In this document: positions 1-10,317 of the stretch, piece by piece
Position numbering within the stretch: position 1 is the stretch's first letter
Layout: the number at the start of each line of letters is the position of its first letter
NCBI GenBank assembly: GCA_963717145.1
Contig: OY970325.1
Location: 4,800,001-4,864,000 of the forward strand
Reading direction: 5' to 3'
DNA: 64,000 nucleotides
DNA from: an uncultured Armatimonadetes bacterium
GTDB taxonomy: Bacteria > Armatimonadota > UBA5829 > DTJY01
Made by a program: the position numbers and the translations under genes
The notes under the pieces: generated by a model
Told to the model about the DNA's origin: nothing
Databases searched by the model: none
What the model saw: only the letters and a program-made list of their open reading frames with translations

Positions 1-970
1 ACCTGATCCGGGAGCACCTGAGATTCAGCAAGGAGCTGTTCGGCCGGGAGAAATGGATCTGTTCTTCATCAACTTCCTGACCTTGGACAGAGTGCAGCAT
101 GTATTCTGGCGGTATTTCGACGCGGATGATCCTACATATCCGGGCAGAAATCAGCACTCTGAGGTCATCAAGGAGTTCTACCTGCTGCACGATCGGGTGC
201 TGGGGGAATTCCTCGATATGATAGATGACGACACGACCCTGATGGTCCTCAGCGACCACGGACACGGCCGGCGCTGCACGAAGGCGCTGCTCGTGAACGA
301 ACTGCTCAGGCAGAGAGGCTTGCTCAAGTCCAGCACCCGAGGCAAGCTGGATCCGAAGTACCTTTTGGAAAAGGCCAAGGTCTTCACACTGCGAATGCTC
401 GACAGGTACGACCTCCAGGATCTCAGTTTCAAGATTGCGAGGCTGATCCCCGGGGCGAAGTCGCTCAAGAAGTCGACTTTCGTGATAGACAGCGCCGGGA
501 GTTCCGCTCGAGTGGCACGTTTCGCCGGCATGAACCCGTACGGCGGCATCGAATTTCCGTGGACCGCGTTTGACGGCGATGACCAGGCCTACGAGGTTCT
601 CCTCGAGAGTCTGATCGGCGATCTCAGGACGCTCAAGGATCCGAAGACTGGTCAACAGATAGTGAAATGGGTGAAGAGGCGCGAGGACATGTTCCGCGGG
701 CCGCACGCTAAGGTCTACCCTGAGATCATATTCCAGCTCGATTTCGATTACGGAGTTAGCAGGTCGTTGTTCGGCCCACTGGTAGATATCAACCCGACTC
801 ATAGGAAGATATCCGGCGGACACATGCCGCAGGCGGTACTGGTTGCAAACAGAAGGTCGCCTATCCTGGCGGGTGAAGAGCTGAGCATCGTATCGATCGC
901 CCCTGCGATCCTTGGCATGCTCGGCATCGAGTCGCCTGAGAGCATGGGGGCTGTGATAAGAACACCGTAG
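1..970 (+). CDS. Alkaline phosphatase superfamily (nucleotide pyrophosphatase/phosphodiesterase-like) protein, 5' partial, apparent frameshift near 55
   Basis: DRVQH, LSDHGHG and C-terminal GGH motifs. The upstream frame reads LIREHLRFSKELFGREKW and joins DLFFINF if one G is restored at aaatggatct. Confidence 0.8.
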   Translation, partial: PDPGAPEIQQGAVRPGEMDLFFINFLTLDRVQHVFWRYFDADDPTYPGRNQHSEVIKEFYLLHDRVLGEFLDMIDDDTTLMVLSDHGHGRRCTKALLVNELLRQRGLLKSSTRGKLDPKYLLEKAKVFTLRMLDRYDLQDLSFKIARLIPGAKSLKKSTFVIDSAGSSARVARFAGMNPYGGIEFPWTAFDGDDQAYEVLLESLIGDLRTLKDPKTGQQIVKWVKRREDMFRGPHAKVYPEIIFQLDFDYGVSRSLFGPLVDINPTHRKISGGHMPQAVLVANRRSPILAGEELSIVSIAPAILGMLGIESPESMGAVIRTP

Positions 971-987
971 CTTGAGGAGGAGAAGAG

Positions 988-2049
988 ATGGCATTGAAGA
1001 ACCCGACTATGGCTCTTGCCGCGGCGAATCTGCGCAACCTTGCTGCAGAGAAGCTGTACGTGAAGACAGGCATAGATAACACCCGGCCGATCCAGATCTA
1101 CAGTCTGGTGAACATGCGCTGCAATGCCAGATGCAAGATGTGCGTCTGCTGGAGAGAGAAGGACCCACCTGAGCTGCCCGCATCCGCTTGGATCGCCTTC
1201 CTGAAGGGGCTCAAGGAGTTCTCCGGGACCTACAACGTCAGCTTCAGCGGGGGCGAGCCCCTGGTGAAAAAGGACATGTTCGAGATCCTGGACTTCTGCA
1301 AGCGCGAGCACATTATCTCGGGCGTCACCACCAACGGTCTCCTGCTCAAGGGAGACAACATCAGGAAGCTGATCGACAGCGAAGTGTTCAACATCAACAT
1401 ATCGCTCGACAGCATGGAAGACGCCGTTCACGATGACTTGAGGGGAGTGCCGGGCCTCCTTTCGAAGCTGCGTACCAATATGGACGAGTTGGTCGAGTAC
1501 AGGAAGAGTACCGGCAGCAAGGTGCGCATCATCCTGAAGCCGATGGTCTGCACAGAGACTCTCCCAGGCTTGCCCAAGATAGCCGAGTATGCGAAGGACT
1601 TGGGCCTGGAAGGAGTCAACTTCCAGCCGGTCTTCGATTGGTCGGAAGAGTCGAAGGAGATGTCGAAGGTGGACCGCACGCTTCTGAACGAGGTTATCGA
1701 GCGGCTCATCGAGATGAAGAAGAGCGGCTATCCCATCCTGAACTCCGACGCATCCATGCGCCAATGGATCGAGTATTTCGACGGCACGCTCGCCGGACAT
1801 ACGGGCCCATGCGTGGTGTCGCTGAGGAGTCTCAGTGTCGCGCAGGACGGCACGATCCGCCTGTGTGGGTTCGTCGACGCCAACATCGGCAACATCACGG
1901 ACGGTCATATCAGGGATATCTGGTATCTGCCTGAAACCCGGAAGATCAGACGAGCACTGATCGGATGTCAGAAGGCCTGTCTGGCCACGTGCGTGGTCAA
2001 GCGGGGTGTCAAGGACTACATCAGCCTCTTCCGCAGGCTCATGCGTTAG
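988..2049 (+). CDS. Radical SAM protein with C-terminal SPASM/twitch-like Cys domain
   Basis: CNARCKMC (CxxxCxxC), SGGEP, TTNG, C-terminal Cys cluster; RBS GAGGAGG. Confidence 0.9.
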   Translation: MALKNPTMALAAANLRNLAAEKLYVKTGIDNTRPIQIYSLVNMRCNARCKMCVCWREKDPPELPASAWIAFLKGLKEFSGTYNVSFSGGEPLVKKDMFEILDFCKREHIISGVTTNGLLLKGDNIRKLIDSEVFNINISLDSMEDAVHDDLRGVPGLLSKLRTNMDELVEYRKSTGSKVRIILKPMVCTETLPGLPKIAEYAKDLGLEGVNFQPVFDWSEESKEMSKVDRTLLNEVIERLIEMKKSGYPILNSDASMRQWIEYFDGTLAGHTGPCVVSLRSLSVAQDGTIRLCGFVDANIGNITDGHIRDIWYLPETRKIRRALIGCQKACLATCVVKRGVKDYISLFRRLMR

Positions 2050-2093
2050 GGCAGGGCAAGTGCTGCGCCGGCTCGAAGGAGAAGGACGGTTGG

Positions 2094-3324
2094 ATGAAGA
2101 TACTCGTATGCAACAAATTCTACCGGCCTGTTCGGCGGCCCGGAGACCATAGTATTCGATACTATCCGCGAACTGGAGGCGCTTGGCCACACGGCGATCG
2201 CATTCGCCATGCAGCATCCGGAAAACCTGGAGTCGAAGTACTCCGATTACTTCGTGCCGGGCATCGACTACAACGCCAGGCAGTCGAAAGGGATTGGACA
2301 CCTCGTCAAAGAGGCATCGGGCATCATCTACTCACGCGAAGCCCGAGAGAAGATGGAGAAGCTGATCATCGACACGAGTCCCGAGATCGCTCATCTGCAC
2401 AACATCTATCACCAGCTCTCGCCATCGATCCTGGCTCCACTCAAGAAGGCCGGCATCCCGACCATCATGACCCTGCACGACGGGAAGCTACTGTGTGCGA
2501 ACATGCTCTTCCTGACCCACGGAAAGGTGTGCGAGAAGTGCGCAGGGAGGCGGTTCCACCACGCCGTCTTCAACCAGTGTGTAAAGGACTCCTACGCCAG
2601 CAGCCTCATATGCTGCGTCGAGGAGACGATCCACCGAATGCTGGGGAACTACGAGCGTAACATCGACCTGTTCATAACGCCAAGCCGGTTCCTCAAGGAT
2701 AAGATGGTTGAGCATGGCAGGTTGAAAGCAGAACAGGTCGAAGTTCTCTACAACTACGCGGACACAAAGTCGTTCGTTCCGAACTACACTCCGGGAGACT
2801 ACGGCCTGTTTCTGGGCAAGGTGGAGTCGTTCAAGGGAGTGCTGACTCTGCTGGAGGCCTGCAAGCAGATCCCTGATTTCGAGATCAGGTTCGCGGGGAG
2901 AGGCACACTGCTGGAAGAGGGGCAGCGCATCGCAGCCGACGAGGGGCTCAAGGCGAGCTTCCTCGGCTTCCAGACCGGCGACGATCTCAAGCGTCAGATC
3001 AGCGAATCCCGATTCGTGCTCCTTCCCGCCGAGTGGTACGAGAACTGCCCGATGGTGATCCTGGAGGCATTCTCTGCGGGGAAGCCGGTGATCGCGTCGA
3101 ACATGGGCGGCATACCGGAGCTGATCGATCACGGCGTCGATGGCCTGATCTTCGAGGCGGGCAACGCGGACGAACTCGCGTCGTGCATGCGGCAGTTGAT
3201 CGACAACCCGGATATGGCTCGCGAGATGGGCAAGAGGGGTCGCGCCAAGATGGAGGAACGGTTCTCAATCGAGAGATATATGCAGTCGCTCCTCGGCATC
3301 TACGAACGAATGCTGAACCGGTGA
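2094..3324 (+). CDS. Glycosyltransferase family 4, apparent +1 frameshift near 2127
   Basis: MKILVCNKFYR continues as FGGPETIVF...MQHP in another frame; HLHNIYHQLSPSI and ENCPMVILEA (EX7E) motifs. Confidence 0.88.
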
Positions 3325-3466
3325 TCCGTGAGTGTTCGAAGGAATCGAGGGGCCGAAGCGCGAATCTCTTATATGTTACAACCGCAGTTTTGTTCTCCCG
3401 CGCAGAAGGTGCACTTCGATCGCATCTCGACCGATATGATATAGAGCAAGAATCAGCAGGCCAGAC

Positions 3467-4594
3467 ATGAAGATCGCGATGCTCGGCACAAAAGGAATAC
3501 CGGCGACGTGGGGCGGGATCGAGCGCCATGTGGAGGAGATCAGCACACGTCTGGCTGCGATGGGGCATGACGTGACCGTCTACTGCCGCCCGTATTACAC
3601 GGAAACGCGCGATAAAACCTACAAGGGCGTGCACCTCAAGAAACTGCCGACGATCCCCAGCAAGAACCTCGACGCGATCATGCACACGTTCATCGCCACC
3701 CTGCACGTGATGCTCGAGGATTACGACATAGTGCATTACCATGCGATCGGCCCCGCGACGCTCGCGCTACTGGCGCGGCTTGCGGGCAAGAATGCCGTCG
3801 TAACAGTCCACGGGCTCGACTGGCAGCGCGAAAAGTGGGGCGGAAAGGCCAAGTTGTTCCTCAAGCTCGGTGAGCGCGCTTCTGTGTACCTCCCATACAG
3901 CACGATCACCGTGTCGAAGTTCCTCAAGGGATACCTGGAGGACAAATATCACAGGCCTGTCACTTATATCCCCAGCGCGGTTACCGATCCGATCCACCGC
4001 AAGCCCGACATCATCAAGAAGTATGGGATTGGGGAGCGCGACTACCTGCTTCTCGTGGCGCGCCTCGTGCCGGAAAAAGGCGCCCACTTCCTGATCGAAG
4101 CATACGAGCGCCTGAATCCGGACATGCCGCTCGTGATTGCGGGCGGATCCAGCCACTCGGACGAGTACGTGGCCGAACTCCAGAAGCATGCTTCCGACAA
4201 GATCATCTTCACCGGATATGTCTATGGCGAAGAGCTTCAGGAGCTGTACAGCAACGCGTACTGCTACGTGCATCCATCGACCATCGAGGGCCTGCCCGTG
4301 ACCCTGCTGGAGGGAGTGGCTTACGGCAACTGCGTCATCGCAAGTGACATCCCCGCCAACACCGAAGTGGTCGAGGACAATGGAGTCGTCTTCGAGAGCA
4401 TGAACGTAGACGATCTCTGCGAGGCGCTCAAGATGGTGATCGGAAACCCGGCGCTGGCACGGGAACTCGGCGAGCGGGCCAGGGCGCATGGCGTGGCGGA
4501 ATACAACTACGACAAGGTGACTGCGAAGACCGAGGATCTGTATCGCAGGGTGCTCCGGGGCGAGATGCCGATGCTGGACAGCACCGAGACCTAG
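3467..4594 (+). CDS. Glycosyltransferase family 4
   Basis: GTKGIPATWGGIE, HGLDWQREKWG, EGLPVTLLE. Confidence 0.92.
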   Translation: MKIAMLGTKGIPATWGGIERHVEEISTRLAAMGHDVTVYCRPYYTETRDKTYKGVHLKKLPTIPSKNLDAIMHTFIATLHVMLEDYDIVHYHAIGPATLALLARLAGKNAVVTVHGLDWQREKWGGKAKLFLKLGERASVYLPYSTITVSKFLKGYLEDKYHRPVTYIPSAVTDPIHRKPDIIKKYGIGERDYLLLVARLVPEKGAHFLIEAYERLNPDMPLVIAGGSSHSDEYVAELQKHASDKIIFTGYVYGEELQELYSNAYCYVHPSTIEGLPVTLLEGVAYGNCVIASDIPANTEVVEDNGVVFESMNVDDLCEALKMVIGNPALARELGERARAHGVAEYNYDKVTAKTEDLYRRVLRGEMPMLDSTET

Positions 4595-4604
4595 AGGTTC
4601 TCTC

Positions 4605-5420
4605 ATGGCAAAAGTCATAGTAGTGATGCCGGCTTACAATGCGGCATCCACGTTGCTCAAGACGTACGAGCAGATACCGAAGGACATCGTAACTGAGGTC
4701 CTGCTGGTCGATGACGCCAGCCATGACGAGACAGTCAGCGAGGCCGCCAAGCTCAACATACCGACACTTGTCCATCCCGAAAACCGCGGCTACGGAGCGA
4801 ATCAGAAGACATGCTACACGGAAGCGCTCAGGCGTGGGGCGGACATCGTCGTCATGCTGCATCCCGACTATCAGTACGATCCGACGCTGATCCCCGAGAT
4901 GATCCGCCCTATCCAGGAAGGCAAGGCGGATCTCGTCCTTGGATCCCGCCTCCTTGGGGTCGACGGTCGCCGGTATGGCATGCCGGCGTACAAATACTTC
5001 GCCAATCGGTTCCTCACCTCCGTCGAGAACAGGTCGATGGGCACGGGACTCAGTGAGTTGCACACCGGTTACAGGGCATACTCCAGAAAACTGCTGACCA
5101 CCATTCCTTTCCTGCGAAACTCCGATGATTTCGTGTTCGACTCTCAGGTGCTCTTTCAGACAGTCGCATTCGGGTTCAAGATAGGCGAGATCAGTGTCCC
5201 TTGCCGCTACATGCCCGAGGCATCGTCGATCAACTTCGTCAGAAGTCTCAGGTATGGTTTGTCGACTCTCACCGTCGCCGGGCTCTACACTCTTCACCGA
5301 AAGGGTCGGATCAAATGCCCTCTGTTCCGCCCGGACTTCGCCTCTAAGGTCGTCCTGGCGGAGCGCGATAGTCTCCTTTCTCAGTCGGAAGCAGGGCGGC
5401 CAGGTCCTGAAGCCAAGTGA
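4605..5420 (+). CDS. Glycosyltransferase family 2 (DPM1-like)
   Basis: VVMPAYNA, VDDAS, NRGYGAN, HPDYQYDP, GYRAY. Confidence 0.92.
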   Translation: MAKVIVVMPAYNAASTLLKTYEQIPKDIVTEVLLVDDASHDETVSEAAKLNIPTLVHPENRGYGANQKTCYTEALRRGADIVVMLHPDYQYDPTLIPEMIRPIQEGKADLVLGSRLLGVDGRRYGMPAYKYFANRFLTSVENRSMGTGLSELHTGYRAYSRKLLTTIPFLRNSDDFVFDSQVLFQTVAFGFKIGEISVPCRYMPEASSINFVRSLRYGLSTLTVAGLYTLHRKGRIKCPLFRPDFASKVVLAERDSLLSQSEAGRPGPEAK

Positions 5421-5427
5421 TTTCCAT

Positions 5428-6057
5428 ATGAGCAACAGGACCATGGGTAGAGACGCAACGATAGCCATTGATCGGCCCGGCGCGCTGGGATTCATGGCCC
5501 CTACGGAGTCCGGATTCCAGCAAATGGTCCGATTCGGCATCGTTGGCGCGGTAGCCACTGCTCTCGACTATGCAGTGCTTCTTACGCTCTACAGGTTTGC
5601 ACATGCCCCGAATCTGGTTGCCGTTGCGGGTGGTTACATCGTTGGGCTTGCCTTGAGCTACGTGTTCAGCATAGCCTGGGTGTTCTCCCACCGAAGCGTC
5701 TCGAACAAGCACCTGGAGTTTGCGATCTTCGCCGTCATCGGTGTGATAGGGCTAGTGCTCACCGAGATCGTGATATTGCTCAGTCTGCACTGGTTGCAGA
5801 GCCAACCGGTGATATCGGCAGGCTGCGGTCGCTTCATTCAGGCATGGGTAGACAGGTGTTTCGCAGTCATACCGGGGCTCTCATCGAGAAGCATGCATAT
5901 TACCGTACACGCTTCACAGATCATCGTCGCAAAGTCCGTAGCCGTCGTCCTGGTGTTCTTCTTCAACTTCTGGGCGCGCAAGTTCGTCCTGTTTGCCGCT
6001 CCTCGCAGGGCTGCTCTGAATGTAAGAGTGAGCGAACATGAGTCAGCCGGCCGATAA
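5428..6057 (+). CDS. GtrA-family flippase-like membrane protein (start uncertain)
   Basis: RFGIVGAVATALDY...WVF...FFFNFWARKFVLF; four hydrophobic segments. Confidence 0.8.
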   Translation: MSNRTMGRDATIAIDRPGALGFMAPTESGFQQMVRFGIVGAVATALDYAVLLTLYRFAHAPNLVAVAGGYIVGLALSYVFSIAWVFSHRSVSNKHLEFAIFAVIGVIGLVLTEIVILLSLHWLQSQPVISAGCGRFIQAWVDRCFAVIPGLSSRSMHITVHASQIIVAKSVAVVLVFFFNFWARKFVLFAAPRRAALNVRVSEHESAGR

Positions 6058-6958
6058 GGGAAACGTCATGTCCAAAGTCGAAGCTCTGATACGGCTTGCT
6101 CGCATAGGGCACTGGATCAAGAACGGTTTTGTTCTTGCGCCTCTCGTGTTTGCGGGAAGGATGAGCCACTTGCCGGATGTGATCGCCGCCGGCATGGCCT
6201 TTCTCGCATTTGGGCTGGCGGCGAGCGCGGGATACGCGCTCAACGATATCCTTGATGCCGACTGCGACAAGCTTCATCCGCGCAAGAAGAAGCGTCCGGT
6301 CGCAAGCGGCGCAGTGAGCATTATGGAAGCCGGCGTATTTGCAGGCGTGCTTGCGGCCATGGGCCTGACGCTGGCCATCGAAGTTAGCTGGGCGTTCTTC
6401 TTCGTCGTCGTCACCTACATTCTGGTGAACTTGTTCTACGGTCTGCGAGGGAAGCAGTTAGCGATCCTGGATGCGTTCTGCATCGCCATAGGCTTTGTCC
6501 TGAGGGTTATCGGCGGCGCATATGCGATTCATGTCGAGGCGACCGGATGGATAGTCGTAACGACCTTCTTCCTTTCGCTCTTCCTTGGATTCGGCAAGAG
6601 GCGCGGAGAGATCCAGTTGCTCGAGAACCGCGGTGCTGGCCACCGGCAGGTGTTGGGCGACTATGATCGCAATCTGCTGGATCAGGTTATCGTATCCACG
6701 GGCACGATTGCCATAATAAGTTACGCTTTGTACACTCTGGACGCGGGCGTTGCGGCCAAGTTCGGGACAGACAAGCTCTTCTACACGGTACCATTTGTGG
6801 CATACGGCGTGTTCAGGTACATGCACGTACTCGGCAGGAGCAAGGAAGGCGATCCGACCGAGGTACTTACATCTGATAGCGGCATTGCCATCGCAATCGC
6901 CCTGTGGCTGATCGTCGCCATAGCGATAATATATATCGACGGGACACATTTTCGGTAG
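6038..6958 (+). CDS. UbiA-family decaprenyl-phosphate phosphoribosyltransferase-like protein
   Basis: HWIKNGFV, YALNDILDADCDKLHPRKKKRPVASG, FGKRRGE, GDPTEVL. Confidence 0.88.
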   Translation: MSQPADKGNVMSKVEALIRLARIGHWIKNGFVLAPLVFAGRMSHLPDVIAAGMAFLAFGLAASAGYALNDILDADCDKLHPRKKKRPVASGAVSIMEAGVFAGVLAAMGLTLAIEVSWAFFFVVVTYILVNLFYGLRGKQLAILDAFCIAIGFVLRVIGGAYAIHVEATGWIVVTTFFLSLFLGFGKRRGEIQLLENRGAGHRQVLGDYDRNLLDQVIVSTGTIAIISYALYTLDAGVAAKFGTDKLFYTVPFVAYGVFRYMHVLGRSKEGDPTEVLTSDSGIAIAIALWLIVAIAIIYIDGTHFR

Positions 6959-7116
6959 GGAGCGGCATGGCGCTCCACTAGCGCAAATGTCCTGGTCTAT
7001 CCTCACTCTTTCCCCACAAGTGGAACCCGCGATCCGCAGGATCGTCCGCCCCCTTGTTCGGACCGACGGCGCATGGTATAATCCGGTGGATGCCAGCGCC
7101 CCGTGTCGAGGAACAG

Positions 7117-8190
7117 ATGTCCACCGTTGCCGTGCTCAAGACAACTCCGCAGACCGTGCTGGACGACTACAGTCGTCTGATGGACTTGGCGCGATACAAC
7201 GATTTCCTCCCGCCCGAGTACGATACGCTCATCAAGCTGAACCTCTCCTGGACGAAGTATTTCCCCGCGTGCTCGAGCGCGCCCTGGCAACTCGAAGGTG
7301 TCGTCCGCAAGCTCATCGCGGATGGGCGGGACCGTGCGAAGATCATCCCCATCGAGAATAAGACGGTCGTCACCAACCCGCGAAAGGGCGCGGTCAACAA
7401 CAAGTGGATGCCGGTGCTCGAGGAATGCGGCCTCGAGTTCGTGCCGCTGCCCGAAGTCGAATGGATCAAGTACGAGTTCAAGTCGAAGCTCCTCAAGCTG
7501 AACGACATCTTCCCCGAGGGCATTCTGATTCCCAAGATGTACGTCGGCAGGAACGTTCTCCATCTCCCGACGGTCAAGACTCACGGCCACAGCGTGACCA
7601 CCGGCGCGATCAAGAACTCATTCGGCGGCCTGCTCAAAGAGGTCCGGCACTACGCGCATAAGTACATACACGAGGTACTCGTCGACCTCATGCTCATGCA
7701 GAAGGAACTCCACCCCGGCGTCTTCGGCGTCATGGATGGCACAGTCTGCGGCGATGGGGCCGGGCCGCGAACGATGGATCCAGTCGTGAAAGGCTACATC
7801 CTCGCGAGCGGGGATTCCGTGGCGATAGACGCGATCGCGGCGAAGATGATGGGCTTCGACCCGATGAGCATCCCCTACATCCGCATGGCGACCGAGATGG
7901 GCCTCGGATGCGGCGATCCCAGGGAGATCGAGGTCGTCGGCGAGGACATCTCCGGCGTCAACTTCGGCTTCACGTCGAAACGCAGCTTCGTCATCGCGGG
8001 AGACCAGATGATCCGCAGGGGTTGTCTCCGCCCGCTGGAGAAGTTGCTTCTCCACTCGCCCCTGGTGTTCTGGGCGCCGCTGGCATCCACGATCTATCAC
8101 GACTACTACTGGTATCCCACCAAGGGCCGCAAAGCGATCAACGAGTTCATGGGAACTGAATGGGGCCAACTCTGGCGGGACTACCGCTGA
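7117..8190 (+). CDS. DUF362 domain protein
   Basis: IKLNLSW, LPTVKTH, TTGAIKNSFG, GDGAGP, DSVAIDA; RBS GAGGA and upstream TGGTATAAT. Confidence 0.8.
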   Translation: MSTVAVLKTTPQTVLDDYSRLMDLARYNDFLPPEYDTLIKLNLSWTKYFPACSSAPWQLEGVVRKLIADGRDRAKIIPIENKTVVTNPRKGAVNNKWMPVLEECGLEFVPLPEVEWIKYEFKSKLLKLNDIFPEGILIPKMYVGRNVLHLPTVKTHGHSVTTGAIKNSFGGLLKEVRHYAHKYIHEVLVDLMLMQKELHPGVFGVMDGTVCGDGAGPRTMDPVVKGYILASGDSVAIDAIAAKMMGFDPMSIPYIRMATEMGLGCGDPREIEVVGEDISGVNFGFTSKRSFVIAGDQMIRRGCLRPLEKLLLHSPLVFWAPLASTIYHDYYWYPTKGRKAINEFMGTEWGQLWRDYR

Positions 8191-8226
8191 CGCTTCCCGG
8201 ATCGATCAGCCTCGGAGGTTAGCCAG

Positions 8227-8953
8227 TTGTCACGCAGAAAGAAGCGGCTCGGGCCGAAGCTCGTTTTCATCGCCGTTCTCGTGGTCGTCATCCTGGTCCT
8301 TATGCCTCACCGCGGGGAGAAGCGGCCGGCCCCGCCGCCGGGAGTGCGACTGGTCGAGATCGACCTCACGAAGGGATATCGCATCGAGCCCGTGATGGCC
8401 TCGGACAAGGCGTATGGCGATCTCTTCGCCGAAATGGTGACCCGCCTGAAGCCCTACGCCGCGATCAACGGCACTTTCTACGACGAGAATCTGCGCCCGC
8501 TCGGAGATGTGGTCATCGGCGGTAAGCTCGTGAACCGGGGGCACTATCGGACTGCGATCGGCGTCAGGAATGACGGCACGATCGAGTTCCGACATCGGGC
8601 AAGCGGCAGGTTCAACTGGAGCGGATTCAAGGCTCGGTCTCGCCGCAGGACCTAGGCTGGTCCACGAGGGCAAGATCGACTGCGATCCGGTGGCCGATGG
8701 ATTCGGTCCGGGGAGCGTGACCCTGAGCGCGCCCAGGTCAGGGGTGGGGGTCACCGCCGACAATCGCCTGCTCCTCGTGACGACTACGAGCCGGTTTACG
8801 CTCGCTCAGTTCGCGGGGATGATGCTCGAACTCGAATGCGTGGAGGCGATGAACCTCGATGGAGGGGGCGCGTGCGCGCTCTACCGCGACGGCGACTTCC
8901 TCGAACTCCCCGGCCTTCCGATGGCGAACATCCTCGCGGTGTATAACAAGTGA
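8227..8953 (+). CDS. Phosphodiester glycosidase (NAGPA) family protein, apparent +1 frameshift near 8631
   Basis: AAINGTFY in the first frame; AGPRLV, PRSGVG and AMNLDGGG in the second; N-terminal membrane anchor. Confidence 0.8.
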
Positions 8954-9024
8954 TGAGTGCAGAGCGCGGAGCGTCCAGAGTGACGGGAGTGGTTCCCGTC
9001 TGCTCAGCTCTGTTCGTCGGCAGC

Positions 9025-10290
9025 CTATATCTCCGGGGCATTCTGCAGGAGATACTCCTCGGCCTCCCTGTTCCAAAGCCCGTTTGTCTTCTCAATCAGC
9101 TCTGCCAGCTGCGCAAACATCGGATCGGTCTTTCCCTTTGCCGCAAAGTCGCTTAGGGCAGCTAGCTCCAAGTCTATGTTGTTGTAGATCAGCTTCTTTC
9201 CTCCCGGGGTAGCCGGTAGGTTCACAATGGTATCTGCGACGCAGTTGAGTCCACCAATGTGGGTAATGAGGACCTGCGGATTCATGATGCCTGCTTCAAC
9301 CATCCTCAGATACTCGACCATGTCCTGTGTAGTACCCCCGCTTAGCCCGACCATGTGTGTGGATCTGTAATGGATATTGTAGAAGTTGATCTCGGATCTG
9401 AACGATTTGTCGTAGGGCCCGGCGAACAGGTTCATGCAGCCGTCATGCGCAAGTACCTCATCGCCCAGTTCCACGAGGTCGCGGACCGCGGCATAGAGGA
9501 ATATGTCGTCAAATCCGCTATTCCCACTTGCGTTCAGCAGAAGCTCCCTCTGTTCGCTCAGCAAGAGCCCCTCGACGTTGACGTACTCAAGCTCAACACC
9601 GTTCTGCTTCGCCATTTCCACCGAAACAATGGAGGCAGCTCTGTCGAGTTTCTCCCGGACGTTATCAACCACTACTATCTTGCGGGGCTTTACATCGCGT
9701 TTCACCGCGTAGTCTACCGTACCGATCCCCATCGGACCTGCTCCACCCAGTATAAGGAGCTGTCCGCCCTGTTTGATATCGGTCTTGAGCTCATACGACC
9801 CCGGCAGGGTGTGGAACATCTTCTTGAAACCGCCGATAATGCAGGACATCGGCTCAGCCAGACAGCCAGAGAAGTATGAATCGCCACCGTATCTCAGCAG
9901 GCATCCCATTTCCATCACTTCGTTCGGGATGACCACGAATGTCGCGCTTCCTCCAATGTACTGGTAGGAATACCCTGGGGCAGACGGGCTGCCCTTGTAG
10001 TTGAGTGCGGGCTGGAGAATGAACTTCTCGTTCGGAGAGAAGCTGTCTTGCCATTTGCTTCCCACCTCCAGGATTTCCCCGCAGAATTCGTGGCCGATGA
10101 TGACTGGTCTTTCCGCAACATCATCAGGGATCCGAATGTGCTCTCTCCCCTGCTTCACCGCCTTGTATGTCGAGAGACACAGAGTATCCGTTACCACCCG
10201 CGCCAGGATTTCATCCTCCCTCAGAGCGGGCAACGCGAAGGTTTCCAGCGCCAATCGGTCGCCATAGAATCGGACTGCTTTCGTTTTCAT
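9025..10290 (-). CDS. Zinc-binding dehydrogenase, L-sorbose-1-phosphate reductase-like
   Basis: GHEFCG, APGYSYQYIGG, GGAGPMG, ITHIGGL, PGGKKLIY. Confidence 0.8.
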   Translation of the reverse strand: MKTKAVRFYGDRLALETFALPALREDEILARVVTDTLCLSTYKAVKQGREHIRIPDDVAERPVIIGHEFCGEILEVGSKWQDSFSPNEKFILQPALNYKGSPSAPGYSYQYIGGSATFVVIPNEVMEMGCLLRYGGDSYFSGCLAEPMSCIIGGFKKMFHTLPGSYELKTDIKQGGQLLILGGAGPMGIGTVDYAVKRDVKPRKIVVVDNVREKLDRAASIVSVEMAKQNGVELEYVNVEGLLLSEQRELLLNASGNSGFDDIFLYAAVRDLVELGDEVLAHDGCMNLFAGPYDKSFRSEINFYNIHYRSTHMVGLSGGTTQDMVEYLRMVEAGIMNPQVLITHIGGLNCVADTIVNLPATPGGKKLIYNNIDLELAALSDFAAKGKTDPMFAQLAELIEKTNGLWNREAEEYLLQNAPEI

Positions 10291-10317
10291 ATCAATAGTC
10301 TCCACAGCAAAGGATGG

